This document shows positions 40,504 to 49,801 of a stretch of DNA of 64,000 bases, piece by piece (positions within the stretch are counted from its first letter, which is position 1; every line of letters begins with the position of its first letter). Location: assembly GCA_003136595.1 (NCBI GenBank), contig PLEY01000006.1, positions 40,169 through 104,168 of the forward strand, written 5' to 3'. Below the pieces are notes generated by a model that was given only the letters and a program-made list of their open reading frames with translations, was not told the origin of the DNA and ran no database searches. Source of the DNA: Burkholderiales bacterium. Its GTDB lineage: Bacteria; Pseudomonadota; Gammaproteobacteria; Burkholderiales; Burkholderiaceae_D. The position numbers were made by a program, and so were the translations under genes.

Positions 40504-42087
40504 TTGTCTATGTCGGTTGTCCTGGATCGTCAACCCCCCGTCGTCTGGAAAGAATCGATCAGTCTGTGGCTGCTGTTCATCGCAGCCGCGTGCGGGCTCG
40601 TCGCTCTCTTCTATCCCGGACTCACTGCCATGGTCCAGACCTGGGACCAGGTGGAAGAGTACAGTTACGGCTATCTCATTCCGGTCGTGGTGACCTTCCT
40701 CATTTGGCAGAAGGCCGACCGAACGCGCCTGCTCAAGTACGACCCCACCTGGTGGTCGATCGCATTGTTGGTGGCCGCCATCGCGCTGTTGCTGGCGGGG
40801 CGCCTGAGCGCGATCCGCCTGCTCATTCAATACGGGTTCATCGTTTCGCTGTTCGCGGTTGCCCTCGCCTACGTCGGTTGGCAAGGCACCAAGTTGATCT
40901 CGCTTCCGCTCGCCTTTACGCTCTTCATGATTCCGCTGCCGCCTTTCGTTCTACGCGAGCTCTCCGAGATCTTGCAACTTTGGTCGTCACGTTTGGGCGT
41001 TGCGTTCATTCAGGCCTGCGACATCAGTGTCTACCTGGAAGGCAACGTGATCGATCTGGGCAGCATGAAGCTGCAGGTCATCGATGCTTGCAGTGGATTG
41101 CGTTACTTGTTTCCGCTCCTGGCGCTCGGCTCGTTTGCGGCCTATTTCTTTCGTGCTGCCGCGTGGAAGCGCCTGGTACTGGTCGCCAGTACCGTACCCC
41201 TTACAGTCTTGATCAATAGCTTTCGCATTGGAATCATCGGCCTGACGGTCGAATACTGGGGCAGGTCGATGGCAGAGGGGGTCCTCCACGACTTCGAGGG
41301 CTGGCTCATGTTCATGGTGTGCATAGCGCTCCTGATCGCGGAGATGGCGATCCTATCGCGGATCGGTCCCCGACCGGAGAGCCTGCGCGAGGTGTTCGCT
41401 TTGGAGCTGCCAGCACGCCGGAACCCGGATGTCAGCGTTCAGACGAGGCCCATCTCCCGACCCCTCGTCGGGCTCGCCCTGATCATTCTCATTGCAGCGG
41501 CCACACTCCAGGCCCTGCCGGCCCGACAGCTCCTGGTCCCGTCCCGCGAGAGCTTCACGACCTTCCCCCTAAGCCTTGATGGCTGGCATGGACGTCCGTC
41601 CCGGCTCGACCCCGATATTGTTTCAGCGCTCAGCGTGGACGATTACTTCCTGGCGGACTATACACAGACTGGCCGAGAGCTCGTCAATTTCTACGTGGCC
41701 TATTACGCCTCGCAAAGCGGCGGTGAATCCACCCACTCGCCGCGTACCTGTATGCCCGGCGGCGGATGGGCCATCACCGAGATCGCCCCAGCGGTGGTGG
41801 CATCGGGTCAGGGGTCCCTGAGCGTGAATCGAGTCATCATCCAGAAGGGCGAGCAGCGCCAATTGGTCTACTATTGGTTCAAACAGCGCGATCGGCTCCT
41901 GACGAACGAATTTGCCGTCAAGTGGTACATCTTTCGTGATGGCATCAGCCGCGACCGCAGCGACGGGGCATTGCTAAGGCTCATCACACCGATCGGGACC
42001 AATGAGGCCGTCGAGCGGGCGGATGAGCGTTTGCAGCAATTCCTCGCTGCATTCGAACCCAGGGTCGCCGAGTTCGTACCCGATTAG
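40504..42087 (+). CDS. xrtA: exosortase (XrtA/EpsH-like) fused to a C-terminal EpsI-family domain
   Basis: 527 aa. N-terminal motif WDQVEEYSYGYLIP, catalytic-Cys motif IDACSGLRYLFPL, and about 8 TM helices. From about residue 330 the sequence is EpsI-like (FPLSLDGWHG...DDYFLADY...FYVAYYASQSGGESTHSPRTCMPGGGW...LVYYWF). Subfamily A is inferred from the linked prsT. Confidence 0.85.
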   Translation: MSMSVVLDRQPPVVWKESISLWLLFIAAACGLVALFYPGLTAMVQTWDQVEEYSYGYLIPVVVTFLIWQKADRTRLLKYDPTWWSIALLVAAIALLLAGRLSAIRLLIQYGFIVSLFAVALAYVGWQGTKLISLPLAFTLFMIPLPPFVLRELSEILQLWSSRLGVAFIQACDISVYLEGNVIDLGSMKLQVIDACSGLRYLFPLLALGSFAAYFFRAAAWKRLVLVASTVPLTVLINSFRIGIIGLTVEYWGRSMAEGVLHDFEGWLMFMVCIALLIAEMAILSRIGPRPESLREVFALELPARRNPDVSVQTRPISRPLVGLALIILIAAATLQALPARQLLVPSRESFTTFPLSLDGWHGRPSRLDPDIVSALSVDDYFLADYTQTGRELVNFYVAYYASQSGGESTHSPRTCMPGGGWAITEIAPAVVASGQGSLSVNRVIIQKGEQRQLVYYWFKQRDRLLTNEFAVKWYIFRDGISRDRSDGALLRLITPIGTNEAVERADERLQQFLAAFEPRVAEFVPD

Positions 42088-42113
42088 GTTTTCCGCGCTG
42101 AGGCTGACTGGCA

Positions 42114-42809
42114 CTACGCTTGCAGCGGCGGCTGCGGCCGGCAGATGAAAAAGACCTGGGAGTTCAGCCACCAAGGCGCCGCACCAATCGGGCTGAGCAG
42201 GGTCCGCTCGATGGAAAATCCGCCTTGCAGCAACGTCCGCAGCTCGCGGAAGTCGAAACCCTGGTGCGTGTTCCGGGGATTCTCAGGCCGCCCGATCGGC
42301 CGGCCAAGCAACGAAGAAGCCGTATCCTTCAGGCTGTAGCCCGCCGAGAGCGAACGAGCCCTCATCATCCAGTTCAGCGACTTCGGCAAGATCGCAAGGC
42401 CATACATGATCGGTACTGAAATGAGAAGTGCTCCGTCTGGCGCCAGGATCCTTTGTGCATCCGCAAGGAACACCTGAAGTTCATGCGCATACAGGTGCTC
42501 ACAGACCTCAAAGGCGGTGAAGACCTGGACACTGCCCGGCGCCACAGAGGCCATTGTCTCGACGTAGTGCAGACCGGGATATTCAGGCTTCATGAAAGGC
42601 TCGAAACCAATCACATTGATGTCCGGCCGATCGCTCTTCAAGGTGCTGATGAAAAGCCCCGGCCCCGCGCCAAAATCGACGACCGTTCCTCTGTCTCTGC
42701 ACAGCTGGTTCGTATATCGCAGGGCCAGCCGGATTCGGCTGCGGTGCGCGAAGCGTGCGAGCGGATTCGGCGAGTCGACGGTCTGCGCGGCATAGCTCAC
42801 GATTCGCAT
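42114..42809 (-). CDS. class I SAM-dependent methyltransferase
   Basis: Motif I VVDFGAGPGLF and the segment VFTAFEVCEHL. Start at the ATG at 42809 (MRIVSYAAQ...). Confidence 0.78.
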   Translation of the reverse strand: MRIVSYAAQTVDSPNPLARFAHRSRIRLALRYTNQLCRDRGTVVDFGAGPGLFISTLKSDRPDINVIGFEPFMKPEYPGLHYVETMASVAPGSVQVFTAFEVCEHLYAHELQVFLADAQRILAPDGALLISVPIMYGLAILPKSLNWMMRARSLSAGYSLKDTASSLLGRPIGRPENPRNTHQGFDFRELRTLLQGGFSIERTLLSPIGAAPWWLNSQVFFICRPQPPLQA

Positions 42810-42909
42810 GCGGTGCTCCTTCCCACATCCCGGTCTAGCAGCTCCGGTCCGCGGGCGATGCCCGGACCGGCGGACCGCACAGGTCCCCAAAACTTCCATC
42901 CGCCCCGCG

Positions 42910-43527
42910 TCACGACTCTACCGTCCGGTCTTTGATGTGGCGGGCGGGATTCCCGGCGACCACCGTCCAGGCCGGGACGTCCCGTGTCACCACTGCATGG
43001 GCTCCCACCACCGCTCCCTGTCCGATCGTCACGCCCGGTCCGATGAAGCTGCCTGCCGCAAGCCAGGCCTGGTCCCCAATGACAATCGGGCTGTAGATGA
43101 GCGGCATGGTTCTCCTGCGATAATCGTGGGACGCCGTGCATACGTAGCAGCGCTGTGAAACCCAGGCCTGGGCTCCGATGGTGACCGGAGCGAAGTTGTA
43201 GATCTCGGCGCCGGTCCCGATTTCGGCGTGACGACCCATGGTCAAATTCCAGGGATACCAGATCTTGACGCCGTCGCGAATCAGGACCGGGGTTTGGATG
43301 CGGGCGCCAAAGAGCTTGAGCGAGAGCACCCTTAGCGCCGATAGATAGCGTGTCGTACCCGGCAGGAAGATGAGCCCGAAGGGTGCCCACAGGATCCGCT
43401 GGACTTTGATACGCCACGACCAGTTGGAAACCGGCACGCTGGTATCGATGCGCAGGTCGCCCGATCCTGGCAGAGCCCGCGGGTAGCTGCTCTTGGCATC
43501 AGCTGGCAGGGACGGCCTTGCACTCAT
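42910..43527 (-). CDS. hexapeptide-repeat O-acetyltransferase (WcaF-like)
   Basis: Left-handed beta-helix repeats (IGTGAEIYNFAPVTIGAQAWVS...IGDQAWLAAGSFIGPGVTIGQGAVVGAHAVV...AGNPA). 4-nt overlap with the upstream GT gene. Confidence 0.85.
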   Translation of the reverse strand: MSARPSLPADAKSSYPRALPGSGDLRIDTSVPVSNWSWRIKVQRILWAPFGLIFLPGTTRYLSALRVLSLKLFGARIQTPVLIRDGVKIWYPWNLTMGRHAEIGTGAEIYNFAPVTIGAQAWVSQRCYVCTASHDYRRRTMPLIYSPIVIGDQAWLAAGSFIGPGVTIGQGAVVGAHAVVTRDVPAWTVVAGNPARHIKDRTVES

Positions 43528-44921
43528 GTCGTGCTTTGGCGAAGCCCGGCCGAATCACGGAGCTCCTCCAGCGACTCCAGGAAACCCGAGAGAATGGTCC
43601 GCAGACCCAGGTGCTCGCGCGCGAACGCCGCTCCGCGGTCGGCCATCGCTCTTCTCTCCTCGGGATGGTTCCTAAGATGATTGATCGCCGCGGCCAAGGT
43701 ATGGGGGTCGCCGGGCTCGCTGAGCAGACCACAGTTTGCACCGAGGATCAGTTGTCCCAGTTCGCTCTCGGGCGCGGCGGCTGCGACCACGGTCCGGCGA
43801 CTCAAGAGCAGATTGGCCAGTTTCGACGGCAGGACGATGTCTTTGACACCCGCCTTTTGGGGGATGACCGACACATCCGCACAAGCCAGGAGCCGGGCGA
43901 GATCGCTCTTGGGCACGGGGGGCCTGAAGTCGACATTCTTCAGATTCAGTCTCCGGGCCTTTTCGAGCAGCATATCCTTCTCCCCACCGGCGCCGACAAT
44001 GACGAAGACGATTTCTGGAACATCCTGGAGCAGGCGGGCAGCATCCAAGACGCTATCCAAGCCCTGCTTGACGCCCATATTCCCAGCGTATAGCACGACA
44101 AAGCGATTGGCATAGTTCCACTCGTCTCTAAGACTCAGGTCCTCGGCGCTCGCCGTGATCATGTCGTCGTTGGCCCAATTTCTGAACAGCCAGACCCGGC
44201 GCGGGTCGATCCCCTTTGCGATGATCTTCGCGCGCATCGCGAGGCTGATCGTCGAGACCCGGTCCACGAGTCCATACGTGATGCGTTCCATGGCAAAGAG
44301 GATGCGGGTCAGGCTCCCCGCGCGCAGCATGCCGAGTTCGAGCGCTGCGTCAGGTTGTAGATCCTGGACGTGGAAAATGCACTTGCTTGACTTCAGTCGC
44401 GCGATCAGCGCAATGGGAATTCCAAGCGGCAGCGGTGGCGCGACGATGATCGTGACGTCACTGCGCCGCGCTAACAGATAGCTGCAAGATGCCGAGATCG
44501 TGAAGGTGAACTCGTGCAAGATACGACGCAGCGCAGAGGGGCGCCTCGGTACGTAGAGATAACATCGGCGCACCCTGACGCCCTCGAGCGTCAGCCTCTG
44601 AAACAGCCGCCCTTGGTCCTCAGGCTGTTTTTGCCACGTGGGGTAGTAAGGAAAGCCCGTGTGCACGTCGACCTGATGTCCATGCGACGCAAAGAACTCA
44701 GCCATGTCAGATGAATAGACGGCGATCCCGGTCAGCTCGGGTCGATAGTTGATCGATATGATCGAGATGCTCAAAGGCGCCAGGGACCGCTTCTTGGGGT
44801 CGGCCGATCTCTGCACGGTCGGCGTGCCACGGTGCTCGAGCGCTCTGCGCTCGGCGAGGCCAGGCGTCGCCCCCGGATTGGCTGCAGCGCCGGACACGCT
44901 TTGTGCTTCGACGGAACTCAT
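43524..44921 (-). CDS. glycosyltransferase family 4, WcaI/WbuB-like
   Basis: ISIISINYRPELTGIAVYSSDMAEFFASHGHQVDVHTGFPYYPTWQ is the WcaI-type N-terminus. The start is uncertain: ATG at 45113, ATG at 44921, or TTG at 44774 immediately before the conserved core. Confidence 0.8.
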   Translation of the reverse strand: MSSVEAQSVSGAAANPGATPGLAERRALEHRGTPTVQRSADPKKRSLAPLSISIISINYRPELTGIAVYSSDMAEFFASHGHQVDVHTGFPYYPTWQKQPEDQGRLFQRLTLEGVRVRRCYLYVPRRPSALRRILHEFTFTISASCSYLLARRSDVTIIVAPPLPLGIPIALIARLKSSKCIFHVQDLQPDAALELGMLRAGSLTRILFAMERITYGLVDRVSTISLAMRAKIIAKGIDPRRVWLFRNWANDDMITASAEDLSLRDEWNYANRFVVLYAGNMGVKQGLDSVLDAARLLQDVPEIVFVIVGAGGEKDMLLEKARRLNLKNVDFRPPVPKSDLARLLACADVSVIPQKAGVKDIVLPSKLANLLLSRRTVVAAAAPESELGQLILGANCGLLSEPGDPHTLAAAINHLRNHPEERRAMADRGAAFAREHLGLRTILSGFLESLEELRDSAGLRQSTT

Positions 44922-45183
44922 ATCCGAGTTGACTCCCAGGTCAGGCTGTAGCCGCAGGCTCGACTCTGCGATAAAGGCGCCGAGCGCAATCGAGCAGCGG
45001 GCGGCGACTTTGGAAGTACTGTCGGTAGACCCGATATGGGCGCTCGGTTGGGCTCGCCTGATACCAGCGCAGTGGCACTCCACGCGCAAGCCTTGGGATG
45101 CGCCCGACGCCACCTGGCGGGGCGAGCCTCAAATCGACGTGGACCTTCACCGGACGCCCACCAGTGCCGGGCGAAAGCGCCCA

Positions 45184-47562
45184 CTAGCCTTGCTGGATGA
45201 TGCGTAGGGCCTCGTCGGGCAAGGGCACCTTGCTCTCACCTGCCGCGCTGCGCAGGTGTTCCTTGGCACTTGCGACATCGCCATTTTTGTACAGTGCAAG
45301 TCCGTAGTGGAGCTGGAACAAAGCCGCCTCTGGTGCAAGCGCCTGCGCCCGCTGCAGCAAGGGCAGCGCGTCGGCCACCTGGCCGAGCTTGTAGTGTGTC
45401 CACCCGAGCGTGTCGAGCAGCCCGGCCTGATTCGTATACTGGAAGCGCTCCGAGAGCGCCAGTGCGCGATCGAGGCTCGCCTTGTCGCCCTTCTGCTCGA
45501 CGAGCACATAGGCCAGGTTGTTGGCGGCGATGCTGTTGCCCGGATTACGCTTGAGCAGGGCATCGTAGAGCGCGATCGCCTGGTCGACGTTGCCGGTCTT
45601 GGCAAGCCAGTCGGCGTGCAGTTCGGCGATGACATCATTGTCGGGGTTGGCCTTCGTCGCCATATCGAAAACCGCCGATGCACCGGCGAGATCATTACGA
45701 CGATAGAGGACCTGAACCAGCGCCACGTACCCGGCGGCGAGCTTTGGGTCGAGGGCCACGGCCTTGCGATAGGCCGCCTCCGCGCCTGCCGAATCATTGC
45801 GGGCGTTCTTCACCTGACCGAGCAGCAAGTAATTCGTCGCAACCTCAGGGGCCCTACTCAGGGTGTCATTGACAAAGCGCTCAGCGTCGGCCTGCCGGTG
45901 GGTGTTGATCAGCAACGAAACCACGGCGTTACGCGGGTCGTACGCGTTCGGTGCGAGCGCCACAGCCTCGTTGAACTGTCCCAGAGCTTGATCATTCTTC
46001 TGCTGTTTCAGAAAGAATGCGCCCAGGCGCATCTTGCCGATGGGGTTTTGCGGATCCTGCGCGGCCCAGGTGCGCAGGGTCTCCTCGGCCCCCCCCAAGT
46101 CGTGACTCCTTTCTTGGAGCGCCTCCTTGAGCTCGTAGGCTTGGGAGCCCTTGGGGTCGGCCTGGATCATCGCGTCCGCGGCCGCAATGGCATCACTGAG
46201 CTGACCCAGTCCGGCGAGAAATCTGACTTGCAGGAGGGCCAGGTCCGGCTGTCTCGGAAAGAGCTTGACCGCATCGGCGATGCTGTCGCGGGCCAGCTGG
46301 GTCTGCTGGTTCGCCTGGTAGGCTTGGGCGAGCAGCTGCAGGACCTCCACCGAATCGGGCCGGTCCTTGGCCGCGGACCGCAGGTCGGCGATCGCGGCAT
46401 CCAGCTTCCCGTGGGCGAGTTCAATGCGTCCCCGCATGACGAGGGCCTGGTTGTCGCGGGCGCTGATCTTCAGGACCTCTTCGATACGCTGACTTGCCGC
46501 TGCTTCGCGACCGGCTTCAAGATCGAGCTGCGTGAGTTGGTCGCGCGCGGACAGTCCCGAGGGACCCGTGGCATCCGACTTGATGACGGCCTCCAGAAGC
46601 TTCTGCGCCTCGGGCATGGCTCCCGCCGTCTCGTAGTAGTTGACGAGCGCGAATTGGATCGCATAGTCGCGCGGCCTGTCTTGCGCGAGCTGCTGCAGTT
46701 CCTTGCGGGCGGCTTCGGCCCCCTTTGTCTTGTAGAGGAATTCCGTAAGCGCCAGAGCGCGCTTGGAATCATCGGGAGCTTGGGCCATCGCGTCGCGGAG
46801 CACATGCTCGGAGCCATCGAGATCGCCGGCCCGCTGATCGAGCCCAGCCCAGGCAAGCCACATGCTGTAGTTGGTCGGGGCGATCTTCACGGCGTGCTGG
46901 TAGTACTGGACCGCCTTCGGGATGTTCTTTTGTTTCTCGGCTAGCTGGGCGGCAGCCACGAGAAGTTCCAGCCGGTTCGGCTCGGCGGCCAGAGCCGAAT
47001 CGATCACTTGCTGGGCACCCGCTGCGTCACCTTTCTCGTTGTGCAAGCTGGCGATCAGGAGACTAGCCTGCGCTGGTAGTCGGTCGTTCACTTTGATCGC
47101 ATTCGCGATCTTCAAGGCCCCGTCCAGGTCTCCCTTGCGTTCAAGGAGCGCAGCCTGCGACACGCGCGCCTCGAAGTTGCTCGGATCAGCGGCGAGCACC
47201 TCGTCGGTCAGCTTCTGCGCCGAATCGAGTTCGTTGACCTTCAGATACAGACGCGCAAGACCTGCCTTCGCGTCGTAGAAATCAGGCTTGATCTCCAGCA
47301 CCTTGCTGAAGTCACCAAAGGCCTTTCTCAGCTCATCCCGGGACTCCTCGATCTCGCCGGCGAGATAGTAGGCCTGAGCACGCTTGGGATCCATCTGCAG
47401 GACATTGCGCACCTCGAGGAGCGCCTTCTCGACGTCAGAGTGGGCGAGGAAGTCCGCGCCCTTCTTCAGGTGGGAATCGATACGTTCTTCCTTACCGCTG
47501 CATCCGCAAAGAAGCACCGCCACCACCAGCCCCAGCGGAGCCACCGAGCACAATCTGTTCAT
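45184..47562 (-). CDS. prsT: PEP-CTERM-system TPR-repeat lipoprotein (PrsT-like)
   Basis: Start at the ATG at 47562 gives MNRLCSVAPLGLVVAVLLCGCSG (lipobox). This is followed by about 790 aa of consecutive TPR units. Confidence 0.82.
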   Translation of the reverse strand: MNRLCSVAPLGLVVAVLLCGCSGKEERIDSHLKKGADFLAHSDVEKALLEVRNVLQMDPKRAQAYYLAGEIEESRDELRKAFGDFSKVLEIKPDFYDAKAGLARLYLKVNELDSAQKLTDEVLAADPSNFEARVSQAALLERKGDLDGALKIANAIKVNDRLPAQASLLIASLHNEKGDAAGAQQVIDSALAAEPNRLELLVAAAQLAEKQKNIPKAVQYYQHAVKIAPTNYSMWLAWAGLDQRAGDLDGSEHVLRDAMAQAPDDSKRALALTEFLYKTKGAEAARKELQQLAQDRPRDYAIQFALVNYYETAGAMPEAQKLLEAVIKSDATGPSGLSARDQLTQLDLEAGREAAASQRIEEVLKISARDNQALVMRGRIELAHGKLDAAIADLRSAAKDRPDSVEVLQLLAQAYQANQQTQLARDSIADAVKLFPRQPDLALLQVRFLAGLGQLSDAIAAADAMIQADPKGSQAYELKEALQERSHDLGGAEETLRTWAAQDPQNPIGKMRLGAFFLKQQKNDQALGQFNEAVALAPNAYDPRNAVVSLLINTHRQADAERFVNDTLSRAPEVATNYLLLGQVKNARNDSAGAEAAYRKAVALDPKLAAGYVALVQVLYRRNDLAGASAVFDMATKANPDNDVIAELHADWLAKTGNVDQAIALYDALLKRNPGNSIAANNLAYVLVEQKGDKASLDRALALSERFQYTNQAGLLDTLGWTHYKLGQVADALPLLQRAQALAPEAALFQLHYGLALYKNGDVASAKEHLRSAAGESKVPLPDEALRIIQQG

Positions 47563-47605
47563 TTCGCTACTCTCCGGACCGGACCTATTCGTAGACGCGG
47601 TGATG

Positions 47606-47621
47606 CGCCCCGTATGTGCCG
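47606..47621 (-). promoter_or_regulatory. candidate sigma-54 promoter for prsT
   Basis: Minus strand reads cGGCACatacgggGCg. The -24 half is a GGCAC match, the GG-N10-GC spacing is exact, and the -12 half is weaker (GGGC vs TTGC). About 45 nt upstream of the prsT ATG. Confidence 0.4.
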
Positions 47622-48146
47622 GTGAGATCGACACATGACAAGTGCGCCATCGCCCTGCTGGACCGATTGGGCGCCGCGGACACCGTGCCCTGGATGCTGC
47701 GGCAAGGGACGTGGGGCTCAAGCGGTGGGAAGTACTCGAAAATCCGCTCATGCGATCGCGGAACACCAAGAGAGTCCCGATGCAGACGACAGACTTTCGC
47801 CAATGTGGAGATCAGTCCCACTGAACGACCTGAAATTAGTGCAGCTTCGCAGGGCAACGGTAGGTTAATGGGTCAAGATGACAGCCTTGTGGCATCGCTG
47901 CGCACGGCGTCGCCACCGGGAAACCCGGCTCCACGGCTCGCACCGGTTCTGAGCCCGGCGGCGCAAGCGGGCCGCGCGGGACGCGACCCTTTGCTGCTCT
48001 CCCCGCCGGCTAAGCCCACCGCCGAGCGTTGCGGCCGAGTGTTACATGCGTGTCATATGTCGAAAGTACATTCGAGGGTTTCTGTCTCATTACAGTCCCA
48101 GATTTCCGCGCACGGCAGTAGTTCTCCTCCTCAGTCAGACCTCAAA

Positions 48147-49781
48147 ATGCGCAACCCGCAGTCCTCGATCCCGAGCTGGATCCTTTGTCTCGCGCTGTCT
48201 GTCGTCCTCGGACCCATTCTGGCCCGGGCGCAGGACAATGCGGGCGCGTCTCCGCAGTCCCGTCCCGTCCCGGGCAAGCCGCGCTTTAATATCTACGAGT
48301 TCCGTGTCACGGGTAATTCAGTCCTGGAGACCACGGCCGTCGAGCGCTCGGTCTATCCCTATTTAGGCGATGGCAAGACGATCGATGACGTCGAGGCGGC
48401 GCGCGGGGCCCTGGAGCAGGCGTATCACGACAAGGGGTTCTCAACCGTCTCGGTCGTCATTCCGGAGCAACAGGTCAAGGACAGTACTGTTCTGCTGCAC
48501 GTGGTCGAAGGGAGCGTCGAGGCGGTTCAGGTGCTCGGCGCCAAGTACTACTCCCAGGGCCGGATCCTTGAGAAGGTTCCCGAATTTGCCGAGGGCAAGG
48601 TTCCGAGTTTTCCAGTGGCGCAGCAGCAGCTAGCCAGCGTCAACGATGGTCCCGATCGAACCGTCACGCCGCTGTTGCGGCCCGGGAAGCTGCCGGGCAC
48701 CGTCGATGTGGACCTGAACGTCACGGATCAGCTGCCTTTGCACGGCAGCGTCTCGCTGACCAATGACTACACGCCCAACACGACAGCGGCACGCCTTACT
48801 GCGGGCGTTGAGTACGACAACCTCTTCCAGCGCCAGCAGCGCCTCGCGCTCCTCTACCAGATGTCGCCCCAGAACATCGACCAGGTGAAACTCTGGTCGG
48901 TTGCCTACACCATTCCCCTGACCGGACAATTTCTGGCGCTGTCCTTCGTGCGGTCCGACAGTGCCACGATCGCCGGTTTGGGCGGTGTCAGCGTCTTTGG
49001 CCGCGGCAAGATCGTCGGGCTGCATGACATCCTACTGCTACCCGCGCGTGCGCCGACAGAGGGTTCAACTTTTTCTCAGAATCTCAATATCGGGCTCGAC
49101 TACAAGGCGTTCGACCAGAATATCCAGGTCGGCTCGAGTCCGGCCGATGGCTTTGCGACGCCCGTGAGCTACGCACCGCTCTCGGCCTACTACAACGCCA
49201 CGTGGACTCGCGGCGCCAACCAGTGGGATTTCGGCACCGGACTGGAATTTGCCTTACGGGGCGTCGGCAGCACACCGGCGCAGTTCGATGCAAAGCGTTA
49301 TCAAGCACTGGATAATTTCGCGATCTTCCGCATGAACGTGGATCGCTCCCAGGAACTGCCGGGTCAATTCAGCCTCCTCGCCAAACTCGACGTGCAGCTA
49401 GCGGACCAACCGCTCGTGAGCAACGAGCAATTGGTCGTGGGCGGGGTCGATTCGGTGCGAGGCTACCTGACGGCTTCGGAGACCGGGGATAGTGGCGCCC
49501 GGGTCAGCATCGAGCTGCATTCGCCCAAACTCACTGAAGGATTGGCGCCGGTGTCCGAAATGTTAGGCTTGGTCTTCGTCGACGGTGCTTACGCCCGGAT
49601 TCTCTCGCCGCTGCCTGATCAGAAGTCTTCCTACGAACTCCTCAGTGCGGGCGTCGGCCTGCGGGCCAAGGCTGACAAGTCGGCGAGCCTCGCAGTTGAC
49701 TTGGGGTGGCCCATGCGCGCGGTCCCGTTCACCCGCGCCTGGTCGCCGCGCCTGCAGGCCGGGCTCGTATTCACTTACTGA
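48147..49781 (+). CDS. TpsB outer-membrane transporter (ShlB/FhaC/HecB family)
   Basis: ATG at 48147 gives the signal peptide MRNPQSSIPSWILCLALSVVLGPILARA. POTRA region (FNIYEFRVTGNSVL...EQAYHDKGFSTVSVVIPEQQV...VVEGSV). Motifs VGGVDSVRGY, and the barrel ends in ...GLVFTY. Confidence 0.88.
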   Translation: MRNPQSSIPSWILCLALSVVLGPILARAQDNAGASPQSRPVPGKPRFNIYEFRVTGNSVLETTAVERSVYPYLGDGKTIDDVEAARGALEQAYHDKGFSTVSVVIPEQQVKDSTVLLHVVEGSVEAVQVLGAKYYSQGRILEKVPEFAEGKVPSFPVAQQQLASVNDGPDRTVTPLLRPGKLPGTVDVDLNVTDQLPLHGSVSLTNDYTPNTTAARLTAGVEYDNLFQRQQRLALLYQMSPQNIDQVKLWSVAYTIPLTGQFLALSFVRSDSATIAGLGGVSVFGRGKIVGLHDILLLPARAPTEGSTFSQNLNIGLDYKAFDQNIQVGSSPADGFATPVSYAPLSAYYNATWTRGANQWDFGTGLEFALRGVGSTPAQFDAKRYQALDNFAIFRMNVDRSQELPGQFSLLAKLDVQLADQPLVSNEQLVVGGVDSVRGYLTASETGDSGARVSIELHSPKLTEGLAPVSEMLGLVFVDGAYARILSPLPDQKSSYELLSAGVGLRAKADKSASLAVDLGWPMRAVPFTRAWSPRLQAGLVFTY

Positions 49782-49801
49782 CGAGACCCCGTTTCTGACC
49801 T

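Noticed and set aside
40137-41219. 360-aa plus-strand ORF overlapping the exosortase gene in another frame
   Set aside because: The translation is rich in Arg, Pro and Ala and has no recognisable domains. The overlapping frame (from 40504) carries clear exosortase motifs.
45256-46944. 562-aa plus-strand ORF
   Set aside because: It is entirely antisense to the PrsT TPR lipoprotein gene, which has a lipobox and regular TPR periodicity. Its translation is rich in R/G/L/V/D with no motifs. This is a typical GC-rich shadow ORF.
47616-48146. 177-aa N-terminal extension of the TpsB ORF in the track
   Set aside because: The extension is Arg/Ser/Pro-rich, non-protein-like sequence. A canonical signal peptide begins at the internal ATG at 48147, so the region is treated as promoter and 5'-UTR.
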